A stretch of 64,000 nt of DNA from Amphiscolops sp. MND2022. Lineage: Eukaryota. The DNA lies in NCBI GenBank assembly GCA_964187785.1, contig OZ076412.1, positions 63,178,001 to 63,242,000 of the forward strand, written 5' to 3'. The notes under the pieces were generated by a model. The model was not told the DNA's origin and searched no databases. It saw only the letters and a list, made by a program, of their open reading frames with translations. Shown here in pieces: positions 42,221 to 53,389 of the stretch (position 1 is the stretch's first letter; every line of letters begins with the position of its first letter). The translations under genes were made by a program, and so were the position numbers.

Positions 42221-44558
42221 AAATTGCCAAATCCGTTAGCGCGTTGCAGAGGTGAACTGCCGGAATAATTCCCGGGAAAATGGTTTGCCTCATTAGGACC
42301 GAGGGAACTGAACATTTTCGGATTCGGTTTTGTATGAAAAGATGATATATCCACGGCATCAGATGTTTTGCTTGAAGATGCACACTGAAAATGATAACGG
42401 TCACCATGTTTGGATTGAAGTGACGGTATTTTGTTTTCGTGTTCTGTAGGGACATCTACCATTTGACGAAGCGGCAGTTTTCGTTTCAAATCATCGAAGA
42501 TCTTGGGAACACGAGTTGCCAAATTGTAGCGGTGATAAATGTACATGAATAACAGGTGAAGAGCCGTTGAAAAGACGAAGACAGTCAGTGTGAGCATAAA
42601 CGATACCTTGAAGGGTACATACTGATTGAATTCTTTAACAAGGGACGGCTTTAACAATTTCATATTTGATGCGAAAGGTCGCGCAATTTCCACAAGATGC
42701 TTGACTTCTCGTGGCTTCGGGCCTCTAGCAAGTTCCGTTTTAACTTGTTTCAACAACTTCACTCCTGCTTCGGTTCGGCTATTGAAAAGAGGGAGATCGT
42801 CCAATGGCGGCACTTCCATAATCAATGACTGTAGGGGATTCGGAAGAGAGACTTCCAATTTGATCGCTGGTACCTGTGTACAGCTCGATAAATCTGAACG
42901 AATTTTGATATTTGGTGTCATAATTTGCATCCCGCATTCTAACATAATCAGGCAGATGTGACAGCCTGGAAAAGATGTTGTTTTTGTAGAGGCTGATGAG
43001 GCCATTGATTCCCGAAAATTGAACTTGTTGCTTGCTGACGTGATAAGCCAAATTCCGAAGCCAAGATTCGTAGCTTGTTCGATTGTCGGTAAGTTAATAA
43101 TTTTGGTGTCACATACTGAAAGAGCTTCCATGGGCGATTCGAAATATAAAGTGGCCAGACAAGACGAATGTCCTATCTCTGTCGGAATAGTCTCGGAACA
43201 GATTCGGTAGCGTGAAGAGCCGAGGCATCGATCAACTTGACTAGCCGACAGTGGCGAAGATTCCATAAGATTTTCCGAGATTGCTAAGAAGGGAACTTCA
43301 ATATCCCACATTAAAGCAGACTCTGAATCATCTGGGAAAGGCATCGGAATAAGTTTTGCTTCGAAGAGACTGAATACTGTTTGCCGTGACGCGAGAGGAA
43401 TGTTGAGGGTTAACAATAAACCTTCAGAGACAGTAACCGCATCGGCAAGCAGACGCGAATCGTAATAAGATAAGAGATCAGACATCGGGATGGCCAACGA
43501 AAGGCGATCGCCGGCATTAGCCCTATCTCTATCTACACTCTCCAATATCACCAGTAGCGAATCGAGCGGTACTAAGGGCATCGGAAGGTGTCCCCGCAAA
43601 AGGACAGGTATAGAGTTTAAAACATTTATGCGAAAGGCAAATAGAGCTGCGCGGAAACTTTTGACACTTGCATGGATCATAGAAAGTAAGGACGACAAAG
43701 TGTCGAAGTTGAAATTTAATTGCTGGTTAGAGAAAAGCATTTGATCACAATCGCGCAAAACATGGAAATTTCTTTCAAAAACTGCAAATTGCTGTTCGAT
43801 CAGCGCCCAATTTTTATTCTTGGTGGCAATCATGTCGGCTTGTATGTCGTTGATAGCGGCAAGTTCATTTTCGATTAGAAAAAATTTGTTTTCGGTACTA
43901 CTCGAGAATTCGGTGACGTATTGAGATAGGATATCTTGGAAATCGGAGAGGCGTCGAATGTTCTCTGCATTCGCTTTGGACTGGTCCTGGCAAGTTCCAA
44001 AAATACCTTGTAGACCGCACGAGCCAGGACTTCCCAAAGCAACGCCTCCACCGAAAAGTCCTACAGCTGCAAGTGCGACCGCACCAGCACTAGCACCGCG
44101 TTTTTGGCGAGATGGTCGCTGAGGAGATGGCGGAGAAAGAAAGGTCGAAGTTTCATTTCGTAAAAGTAAAACATCGTTCGCGGCCTCGTTAATTTCGTGA
44201 TTGATTTGTACTAGGATCCAATGAACGTTGAATGAAGTCGAATTTGAATTGAAGCCTGTGGAAAAATTAAGGGGACAAAAGAGCGAAGGCAAGTCCCACA
44301 TCGAGCCAAGACGGTCGATCGTTCGTTCGATTTCATGTTTCAAAGCAAAATCGTAAGTCGGAAAAGGAATCTTAAATTCCACTGGAACAAACTTTTCGGC
44401 CAACAGGATTTTGCCACGCTCGTGAAATAGGATGCCTTTTTCTAATAATTCATCATGATTATTTGACGGTTGCAAATTGGAATCCCAATCAGGCCGAACT
44501 GAAGCCGGGGTGAAGAGTAAAAGAAAGACAAGTTGTAGAGGCTTTACTATACGAGCAT
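42221..44558 (-). CDS. env: Envelope glycoprotein (class I fusion, F-type) of a Ty3/Gypsy errantivirus-like element; probably spliced, C-terminus cut by the rearrangement
   Basis: Furin site RQKR followed by a Gly/Ala-rich fusion peptide GASAGAVALAAVGLFGGGVALG; long heptad repeat; Cys-rich region; TM VSFMLTLTVFVFSTALHLLFMYIY; upstream in-frame signal-like stretch LQLVFLLLFTPAS after a candidate acceptor TCTCTCCAG at 44559. Confidence 0.8.
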
Positions 44559-44932
44559 CTGGAGAGACTAAACGTGACGAAAGTAATTTTCCTTTTTGCG
44601 ACGATGGCGGTAGCCCGGTGGGCGTCGTTGCGGACAGTGCTCAAAATGTCAGTTATTGTATTTTGGACAGAAATGTAAATAAAAGCCTTTCGATGGAATT
44701 TGTCAGCAAACAAAACGAAAGAAAATTAAACTGTGACGAAAAGAGATTATCAAAACGTGGCCCATAAAGTGCTGGCCTGTGATTTTAGAATGTTTGCTTT
44801 AGGTTCGTGTCAGAAATACACATCCGGTTGACATTTACAGAGCACCGGTGTTTGAAAAACAACAAATGCTTATTTGATTATGTAGAATGGAAGAGCAAAA
44901 TGTCAAGCGTTGGTCGAGGTTTTTCAGCTAAA

Positions 44933-45253
44933 ATGAAAGCTACACTTGTATGTTGTGCCCTGATGAGCCTCTACATGTGCGCGACAGCCTGTGAATTGCA
45001 AATGTGGAGAGGGAACGAAATTTACTGTTGCAAAAACGGGACTGCTTTCGGAAAGGGAGCAAGTCGAGTGTGGGTGGAGCAGAGGCCCTTGCTCTGTGCA
45101 GCAAAGACAATGCATGAAAACAGCTTGAGTGGCTGGAAGATTGTAGTCATCGTGATAACTATCACAAGCATGGTGATCGGATGCTGTCAGTGCGTTTACT
45201 GTATCGCTGGAAAAGTATTGTTTGGCAATGATAAAAACAAAGAAAATGCATAA
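44933..45253 (+). CDS. Small type-I membrane protein (106 aa), function unknown
   Basis: Signal peptide MKATLVCCALMSLYMCATA; Cys-containing ectodomain with NGT; TM WKIVVIVITITSMVIG followed by CCQCVYC; short tail. Confidence 0.5.
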   Translation: MKATLVCCALMSLYMCATACELQMWRGNEIYCCKNGTAFGKGASRVWVEQRPLLCAAKTMHENSLSGWKIVVIVITITSMVIGCCQCVYCIAGKVLFGNDKNKENA

Positions 45254-45591
45254 GAAGCAGCTTACTCGTTAGTGTGAAGGAACTAGAATCATCGTTGTTA
45301 GTGTGTTAGTCCGAAGAAATGAACTACACTTTGCAGTTTGTTTATGATTTTTAGGGTTGCTGTTTTGTTTATTGTGAGTTCGTGCCAGAGTGCAGATGTT
45401 TGAAGAAATGATTTTTTTTGTTTTTTTTTGTCAGTGTGAGGTATTTTTCAAGTCCTCCTGCAGTGGCTATTTATTTACAAGCAAAGTGAAAACTAAAAGG
45501 AGGAGGTGGGTGCAAAGCGCGCCAAACCACAACATGTAGAAAACAAAAATAGGTAAACTTTTCAAATATTGTCCTTTGAACTTCAGAAAAA

Positions 45592-46190
45592 ATGGAACCG
45601 TTATTATACAATGCGCTGTGTCGAATGGCAGGCGCTGTAAGCTGTGAGGATGGCATTTTGACAGCAGAAGAAAAAAAATACTTTGGCCTGTATCTTCAAC
45701 GATTAAGTGTTAGGGAAGACGGGGGGCTCCTCTGGGACGGCCTAAAAATCCCAACAATGGATCAGTTAGAGAAAGTCCTGCAACCCGTGCATTTCAAAAG
45801 AATGGATTGGCATTGTCGCGATATGCGAACACTACGAGAAGCATTAGTGGAACGCGGATTTACAATGCCAAAATGGCTCGGAGGGCTCGGAACGAGTCTG
45901 TAAACTGTGAGTATAATAATGCTATGTCAAAATATTCTAAAGATAGGTGAATAAATGTATATCTAACGTTAAAGGTATATGCACAATTGTCCAAAATGCT
46001 TCTGGGCGTTCCACCAGGGGCATAATTGGGAGCAAGCAACAAGCGTCGCTGCCGAAAAACGAATAAAACTATGCGGACAATTGGGATGGAAACATGTCCT
46101 AGTCCCCGATGATTACCAAGGTGGCCGGCTACTAGGACTAGGAGCACCAAGTGAATTGCCTTGTAAAGCCGTCAAAGCACTAGGAGGGGG
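45592..46190 (+). pseudogene. Two-exon ORF with an integrase-type H2C2 zinc-binding domain (1-nt frameshift; cut by the inverted gag)
   Basis: VH..RMDWH...MPKWLGGL(E)RVCKL|YMHNCPKC; intron 45907-45974 with GTGAGT donor, CTAAC branch point and AAG acceptor. Confidence 0.55.
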
Positions 46191-46717
46191 GGTAGCGTCC
46201 ACGATAACCGCCGCGGTAACCACGATTTTGAGAATTTTGACCGCGTGAGTTACCAAAAGAGCCGCGTTGAGATTGTGAATTTTGATTATGGGAAACATTC
46301 TCTGTTTGTAGTTTCTGAACATTTTCAAGTTGATTAGAGAGTGCATTATTACGCTCTTCAAACTTTTTCGACATTTCGTTCAGACGGTTGTCAAGAGCTT
46401 CTTGACTTGTACTAAGTTTAGTGAGCGCGGTTACCAAGGTATCTGTTACTGTCGGTCCGATTTCACTAAAGGCGTCCATCGGAGAATCGTCAATTTTGCA
46501 TAAATTATGAATCGTTAATTGTTTCCTCGCAAAAATACAAAGATCCTCCACAGATGTGGTTTCCGGTTGTTCAAGTAGTTTCGCCCTTAGCCAACCTGGC
46601 ATATTTTTTATAAATTGTCGTCGTATCTGTATAGAACGTGCTTCTTGAGCAGATCGAAGCTGCTCTGCATTACGGGCAGTTTCTTGGTCAAAACGTGTTT
46701 GTTCAACCGCTGCATCC
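46191..46717 (-). repeat. 527-bp inverted duplicate of gag (48501-49027)
   Basis: Translation DAAVEQTRFDQ...RGGYRGRY matches gag with one substitution (T/A). Confidence 0.92.
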
Positions 46718-47055
46718 CAAATGGAATCATCCACTTCAGCTTGACTTCCCGTTTTTCATGTTTTCTTTCTAATCATAAAACTGGACTTCATTTATAATTT
46801 CTGTAAACATTCAATGCAGTATTTTTGGGCTTGCCATAAAAACAAAAAAAAATGGATTATCGACATATATTCCTCTGGGCTTTTGGATACTTGTGCTGGC
46901 TTTCTTCCTCCTATTTCATTTGGATATTCTCTTCTCACTGGACAATTTCTTTGGATATTCTTTTATTCTCAATTGGAATCTTCACTTGAAGTTGTCACTA
47001 TCTCCATCCGTATGATGGTTCTTCACAGGACCGGAAGTGTTTCGAAGGGAGGTAG

Positions 47056-47354
47056 TGTACCATACTGAAACAACTCCAGTTGAGAGAGGACGAACTTTCA
47101 CATACTTGGACTGATTCTTTCAACCTTTCAAATACTTAATTTTTAAATGACATTCAATGTTTATTCTTCAAATCGGAATTTGACATTTAAATAACCTTTA
47201 TACATAATGATTGGAATTACTGAATAACAAAATCATAAGAACTATAATTGCAGTATAAAACAGCTTGGTTTTGAATACTAAGGAAACTCACCAGGATTGT
47301 TGCTCACAGCACCCGATGATCCGCTCTGCCAAGACTGCTAAACAGCTGAGAAGT
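47056..47354 (+). repeat. Cassette X (about 300 bp), also present at 41733-42031 (+) and 52101-52399 (-)
   Basis: Near-identical sequence at three rearrangement junctions; in the orientation seen at 52101-52399 it reads exon-GTGAGT...TTTCAG-exon. Confidence 0.9.
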
Positions 47355-48099
47355 CATCACTAAGTCTCTAAAAGACAATACAGGACTTGGTGACAGGAAG
47401 GAAAACGATCCAATTGCAATCTTTCCTCGAACTACTTATCTTTTTCGTGAGGAAACATAGCACAGGCCACGCCCAGACGACCACTGCAACTCCACAGGAC
47501 TGCATCCCTGAAACAGTATACTCGACGGCAGTATCTCTGAAGACTAACAGAACTTCAAAAAAACTTCATCTTACACTATAAATTTTTCTTCCAAAAAGTG
47601 GATTTCGCACAACTACTGGAGATTTCATCACATCAACAACTTGGATGGGTATGACTTTCAAGCAGACTTGATGACTTAGATGTAACGAGACAAGACTGGA
47701 TTTTCTGAATACAACTATTCGTTTGGATAACAGACGTGAAAATGGTAAGTGCAAGCCAATTTGATGCAGTAAATTGATACGATGTTTCATAACTGTCGAA
47801 TTCATTCATGTTCATTTTCATTGCTCAACCCTAACGCTTCTTAATTCTTCTAGGCTCTTTATTCTCTCAGCTTATTTTAGACCCTTTTCTATGGGTTGTT
47901 TCATTCTTTCAATCAACGAGTTTTCGGAAACTTTTCTCTGCGTCTTTCTGTCTTAACTTTCGTTTTCTTTGACCTTTTAAACAATCGCTTTTTGCCTATA
48001 TTTTCAGTAACTTATTCGGCTCTTTCGAACACACACTGTTTTCTTTCAAATTCGTCTTCAAAGTTTCCGTACTCGTGCTCGCTCCGTCACTGAATAGAT

Positions 48100-49386
48100 A
48101 TGGCTCAAGCACAAATACAACTGAAACCTTACTCCGGGCTAGAGAAAGAAAGTTTCCGTGAATTTGAACATCTTTTGAGAAGCTATTTGGCAGTGGCTGG
48201 TATTGCAAACGCCCAACAAGCAAATTTTTTACAATTACATCTTCGAGATGCTGCGCTTCGATTTTTTCAAACTCTACCGGATGCCACACGGGCTGACCTC
48301 GATCTTTCTTTGACTGCTTTACGCGATAGGTTCTGTAATCCGCACTTACAAGAGCTACATGTACTTAACTTAGAAAATTTAAAGTTCGATTCGAAAACGG
48401 ATACTCCTGAAAATTTTTTGGTCACTTTGCAAACTAAAGCTTTGAAGGCGTATCCTGATCCAACTTTAGTTCCGGTCGCACCAATAGACGGAGCTGCACC
48501 GGATGCAGCGGTTGAACAAACACGTTTTGACCAAGAAACTGCCCGTAATGCAGAGCAGCTTCGATCTGCTCAAGAAGCACGTTCTATACAGATACGACGA
48601 CAATTTATAAAAAATATGCCAGGTTGGCTAAGGGCGAAACTACTTGAACAACCGGAAACCACATCTGTGGAGGATCTTTGTATTTTTGCGAGGAAACAAT
48701 TAACGATTCATAATTTATGCAAAATTGACGATTCTCCGATGGACGCCTTTAGTGAAATCGGACCGACAGTAACAGATACCTTGGTAACCGCGCTCACTAA
48801 ACTTAGTACAAGTCAAGAAGCTCTTGACAACCGTCTGAACGAAATGTCGAAAAAGTTTGAAGAGCGTAATAATGCACTCTCTAATCAACTTGAAAATGTT
48901 CAGAAACTACAAGCAGAGAATGTTTCCCATAATCAAAATTCACAATCTCAACGCGGCTCTTTTGGTAACTCACGCGGTCAAAATTCTCAAAATCGTGGTT
49001 ACCGCGGCGGTTATCGTGGACGCTACCGCGGAAACAATGGCAGAGGTTACCGCGGCAATCGCTCAAATTTTCAACGTCAACCATGGGGTCAGCGACCACG
49101 TTACCAATCATATAATCCAAATTACCAAAATTTCAATAATCAAGGCTGGCAAAATACTGTCGCTAATCAGGGACAACCTTCGTTCCCTACACCTAATGTG
49201 GATACACAACAGCCCACATTTGAAGTGTTTACGCCGGACCCTAACTATATGCCGTACACTCAGCAAAGTAGTGTTACGTGTCATAAGTGCGGCTATCCGA
49301 ACCATCTGGCACCTAATTGTACAGTGGTGGGTCCCGCACCGCAACGAGGTGCCCAGATGCCCTTTAATCAGTATCAAAAAAACTAA
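48100..49386 (+). CDS. gag: Ty3/Gypsy Gag
   Basis: Retrotrans-gag pattern (LQLHLRDAALRFFQTL, LTLQ.KALKAYP), RGG-rich region, CCHC knuckle CHKCGYPNHLAPNC. Confidence 0.9.
   Translation: MAQAQIQLKPYSGLEKESFREFEHLLRSYLAVAGIANAQQANFLQLHLRDAALRFFQTLPDATRADLDLSLTALRDRFCNPHLQELHVLNLENLKFDSKTDTPENFLVTLQTKALKAYPDPTLVPVAPIDGAAPDAAVEQTRFDQETARNAEQLRSAQEARSIQIRRQFIKNMPGWLRAKLLEQPETTSVEDLCIFARKQLTIHNLCKIDDSPMDAFSEIGPTVTDTLVTALTKLSTSQEALDNRLNEMSKKFEERNNALSNQLENVQKLQAENVSHNQNSQSQRGSFGNSRGQNSQNRGYRGGYRGRYRGNNGRGYRGNRSNFQRQPWGQRPRYQSYNPNYQNFNNQGWQNTVANQGQPSFPTPNVDTQQPTFEVFTPDPNYMPYTQQSSVTCHKCGYPNHLAPNCTVVGPAPQRGAQMPFNQYQKN
49377..49383 (+). promoter_or_regulatory. -1 ribosomal frameshift slippery site A AAA AAC (gag-pol)
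   Basis: Heptamer directly before the gag stop; the -1 frame is open into the protease ORF at 49470. Confidence 0.75.
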
Positions 49387-52100
49387 ATACGCCGCACAAG
49401 CAACCAGAGCCCATAAACAAGCCCGACACATATAATAACGACTTACAATCTCATGAAAAACTAGATGCAATGTGCGCCATTTTACCTTTGGAAGGTGAAA
49501 ATCTTAGTTACGTCAGACTTAAATTTTCGTCATTAACTAAACGTAGAGCTCTTATAGATACAGGATCATGCGCAAACGCTTTGCCACAAAACCTGTTTGA
49601 CGAGTTAGAAAAACAGAATCCTAACGGGATCATACTGGAAACGCCTAGCTTTACATCGGTCCGGATGGCATCTGGCCAGAAAATTGTGATCGATAAACAG
49701 GCAAAAATTTCGTTTTCTATTGGTCCGCATTTTTTGCTGATAGCTTTCTGATTCTTCCTACGATGAATAGTGTCATCTTGGGAAATCCTTTTTTCAAGAA
49801 ATTTCATATAACTATTGACCCCACAAACAATTTGTTGAAATTGCCTGATCTCACAGTTCAATTGAACGAAATTTCCGCTAAACGAGGCAAAAAACGCACA
49901 CTGACAACAAAAATCAAGCGAATACCGATTTTGTTAACGAATAAAGTTCATCTTAGCCCGCAATCGCAAAAACTCCTTGAATGTCAATTGGTTGACCAAT
50001 ATGCTTACCTGAAGAATTGTACGGGTATTGTAGTTCCCAATGAGAATATTGAGGACAAACCCCATCTTGCTTTAACATCTTCTCTGAGTAAATTGGACAA
50101 TAACAAACTTTACGTGTCAGCGCTCAATCTGTGCGACCACCAAATTACTCTTAGTAATAAAACAATTGTGGGATATTTTGAAATTGACAGAATCTCAAGC
50201 GGAACATCTTGCGGAAATTGATCCTCAACTTATTTCGCTTGCAAAACTACGCAATCCTGACAATTTTGAAAATGAATTAAATCAACTTATTCATGATGTT
50301 CATTTTAAAAAGCATGACACTCTCACTGGCAGACCTCCGCCGAATTATGAAAAACTATGGTTTCCCACGCCAGAAACGTGCTCCGATTTGTCAGACTTAA
50401 CATCATTGCAACGAGATATCTATGACCAAATTTTGCAGTTCCAACGCTTAGAAAAGATGAATCCGAAGGTTAATCCTGATGACAGGGACGCATTTTTGAA
50501 AAAATTCACATGGGATTCTTGTGTGTTGACCGCTGACCAAAAACAAAAACTAGAAGAATTTCTGATCGAATACCATGATGTGTTTGCTAAACATCGTTTC
50601 GATGTTGGTTATAATACTGAACTTAAGATCAAGTTAACGCCATCAAATCCACTTCCTGTTTATGTACAAGGTCCGCCGGCGCCAATTCATCTGCGAGATG
50701 AAATTTTGATTGAGCTAGCATTACTTCAATATTACAATATAATAACAACACTCTCGCATTCAAAGTACAGTAGTCCAATATTTGCTCACCGCAAACCATC
50801 AGGACAATTACGCCTACTCATAGATCTTCGTCGCGTTAATCATCTTTTGAGGCATGATTATTTGAACAGCAATTTTCCAATTTCAAATATGACTGATGCT
50901 ACCAACCATTTTGCGGGCAAACAACTCTTTTGTAAGTTAGATTGTTCGCAGGCCTATCATTGCGTTCAAATGGCTGATGACCTTTCGGTTCGATTGCTAG
51001 CATTTAATCTTGGTTCGCGAACATTTGCCTATAATTGCCTAGCACAAGGTCTTGATAAATCCGTCACGGGGTTTAGTTCTTTCATCAAACACTATTTGGA
51101 TAAATGCTTAGCGGCCAATGTTTGTACCCAATTTATGGACGACATTGCCGCAGGAGTAATATGTTTTGATGAACTTATCCCTACATTGACAAAAATTTTT
51201 GACTGTCTTAGAGCATCAGGTCTTAAACTTTCTGCTCACAAATGTGAGTTTGGAACCACAAAAATCGACTACCTAGGCAATACAATCACGCCTGCAGGGA
51301 TCACTCCAGAATCCGACAAAATCAAGAAATTTTTGGACAAAATTCGAATGGCTGATACTGTACGTCAAGTTAAACGTCTCATTGGTTTTGTTCAATTTTT
51401 CAGAAATTTTATCCCTGACTTGAATCAAAAACTTTTACCTTTCTATAAACTTCTCCGCAAAGACACTGAATTTATCATTAGTAATGCTCACACGGACGCG
51501 CTCGAAGCTTTGAAAATGGATTTGATAAATGCGACTAACTTAACACTCCGCCTTCCAAAACCAGGTTTACAATATGTTTTGCTCTGTGACGCAAGTTATC
51601 ACGGTACAGGTTTCGTTCTGATGATTGAGGACTACTTAATAGACCAAACAGGACAACAAAAGAAATCATACGCGCCCGTCTCCTTTGGTTCTCGACTCTT
51701 CAATGATACGCAATTGAAATTTTCAGTCTATTATAAGGAATTTCTTGCCTTATATTTTGCGTTGGACCATTTTGCTCATTTTCTTTGGGGAGCTTCGAAA
51801 CCTATCCTAGTCCTAACGGATAATCGTAGTTTAACTCAATTTTTTCAATCGAAAAGTATACATCCGTCGTTATGGAACTGTTTAGACCGTGTTTTGTCTT
51901 TTAATATTCTAATCGCGCACATACCTGGTAAAGCTAATTCAGCTGCGGACTTTTTGTCTCGCATGCAAACTGACCCTAGTCTTTGCTTATCAATCAAACT
52001 AACTGATAGAGTACCTATTCGAGAAATTGAAGTAGAAACTGAGGCAAAAACTCCTGATGTCTCGCTTTCAAACATTGACGAAATGATTCCTTTTTCAAGT
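49384..52100 (+). pseudogene. pol: Ty3/Gypsy Pol (PR, dUTPase-like spacer, RT, RNase H); two frameshifts; integrase absent
   Basis: PR ALIDTGS; RT KLDCSQAYH, QFMDDI; RNase H LCDAS, EFLAL, TDNRSL, AADFLSR; truncated by cassette X. Confidence 0.92.
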
Positions 52101-52419
52101 ACTTCTCAGCTGTTTAGCAGTCTTGGCAGAGCGGATCATCGGGTGCTGTGAGCAACAATCCTGGTGAGTTTCCTTAGTATTCAAAACCAAGCTGTTTTAT
52201 ACTGCAATTATAGTTCTTATGATTTTGTTATTCAGTAATTCCAATCATTATGTATAAAGGTTATTTAAATGTCAAATTCCGATTTGAAGAATAAACATTG
52301 AATGTCATTTAAAAATTAAGTATTTGAAAGGTTGAAAGAATCAGTCCAAGTATGTGAAAGTTCGTCCTCTCTCAACTGGAGTTGTTTCAGTATGGTACAG
52401 GACCTTTTCAAAGCTTCAA

Positions 52420-52960
52420 TTATTTCATTATGCGTTCTCCATGTTCTTTTTTGAAGGGCGGAAGGCGTCCTCTTTCCATATGAGCAATTTGGTTTTTGGT
52501 CGAAACTTTCTGAATTTTCAAAAACATAATTGAAAGCCAGATGTTTGGGGATGCTCTTCTTATCGATTGATTCCAGGCGTTATTCCAGCCTTCACAGTCG
52601 TTGATGGTCTGCAATCGAGGGTTACGTTCGAACACATTCCTCATTTTGTCGGGAACGTCAGTATCCACGTGCGATGGAAATGTCAAAAATGCACCCAATA
52701 CTGGGTACAATCTGACCGCCGCTGCGCAACTATGTTCCGATGAAAAACCGGTATGCATGTCAGGACTTGATTTTCGGGTATAAATGGTAAGGCCATGAAC
52801 TTGGAAATGAAGTTATTGACTTGGGCATCTCTCCGGCAAGGAGTAGAAAGGTCCAATTCTTGAACTTCAGCATAAAGTGCCTTCGAGTAGTGAATATAAG
52901 AGCTATGATGATATCCAAAAGATCTAAGGAGCATCCAAAGAGACCAAAAGTCTCCTTTGG
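52420..52960 (-). pseudogene. Mutator (MULE) transposase fragment
   Basis: FGYH...YSKALYAEVQELDL...FMALPFIP and RNPRLQTINDCEGWNNAWN...SPNIW patterns; broken frames. Confidence 0.65.
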
Positions 52961-53389
52961 TTTTTCGATATAATCTGTCGCGAGAGATTTTTTTTGAACT
53001 CTAAATGATCCCCTTTAAGATATTTTAGCACCGTTTTTTAGAATAATTGCAAAGTTGAGTATTTATAAAAGACTCCTGTTATCTTCAAGCGGGGCTCCGA
53101 CTTGATCAATAGTTACGATGGGTTTTCGCTGGCATTTGATGAGCAAACTATCAATTGATGTTTGTCTATTCCGCTTCTCGATTTTCGAATTGAATTAATG
53201 CTTTGAAAATGGGGCGGGTGCTGTCCTATATCAAAGCAAGCGATAACAATATGCTGGGTCTATATTCGGAGCAGGCCTTATAATAAAAGAAACAAAAAAT
53301 ACAGAATCAAATTTTCTGTCTATAGTAGTCATTGAAATGAAACTTTTGTAAAAAGTAATTGCTTAGAATGGTTCCAAAATTCTTCCAGT

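Noticed and set aside
44933-45253. Reovirus FAST-type fusogen
   Set aside because: It has a cleavable-looking signal peptide and lacks the polybasic juxtamembrane region; the resemblance is limited to size and Cys cluster
46718-47055. Merlin/ISXO2-like transposase fragment (QAEVDDS)
   Set aside because: One short motif in heavily broken frames; not enough support
47056-47354. Cassette X as the Gypsy LTR
   Set aside because: It starts with TG but does not end in CA, has no adjacent PBS or PPT, copies are in mixed orientation, and it carries splice signals
47355-47810. Somatomedin-B-like Cys-rich exon as the source gene of cassette X
   Set aside because: Only a partial SCSGR pattern with many stops; identity cannot be supported
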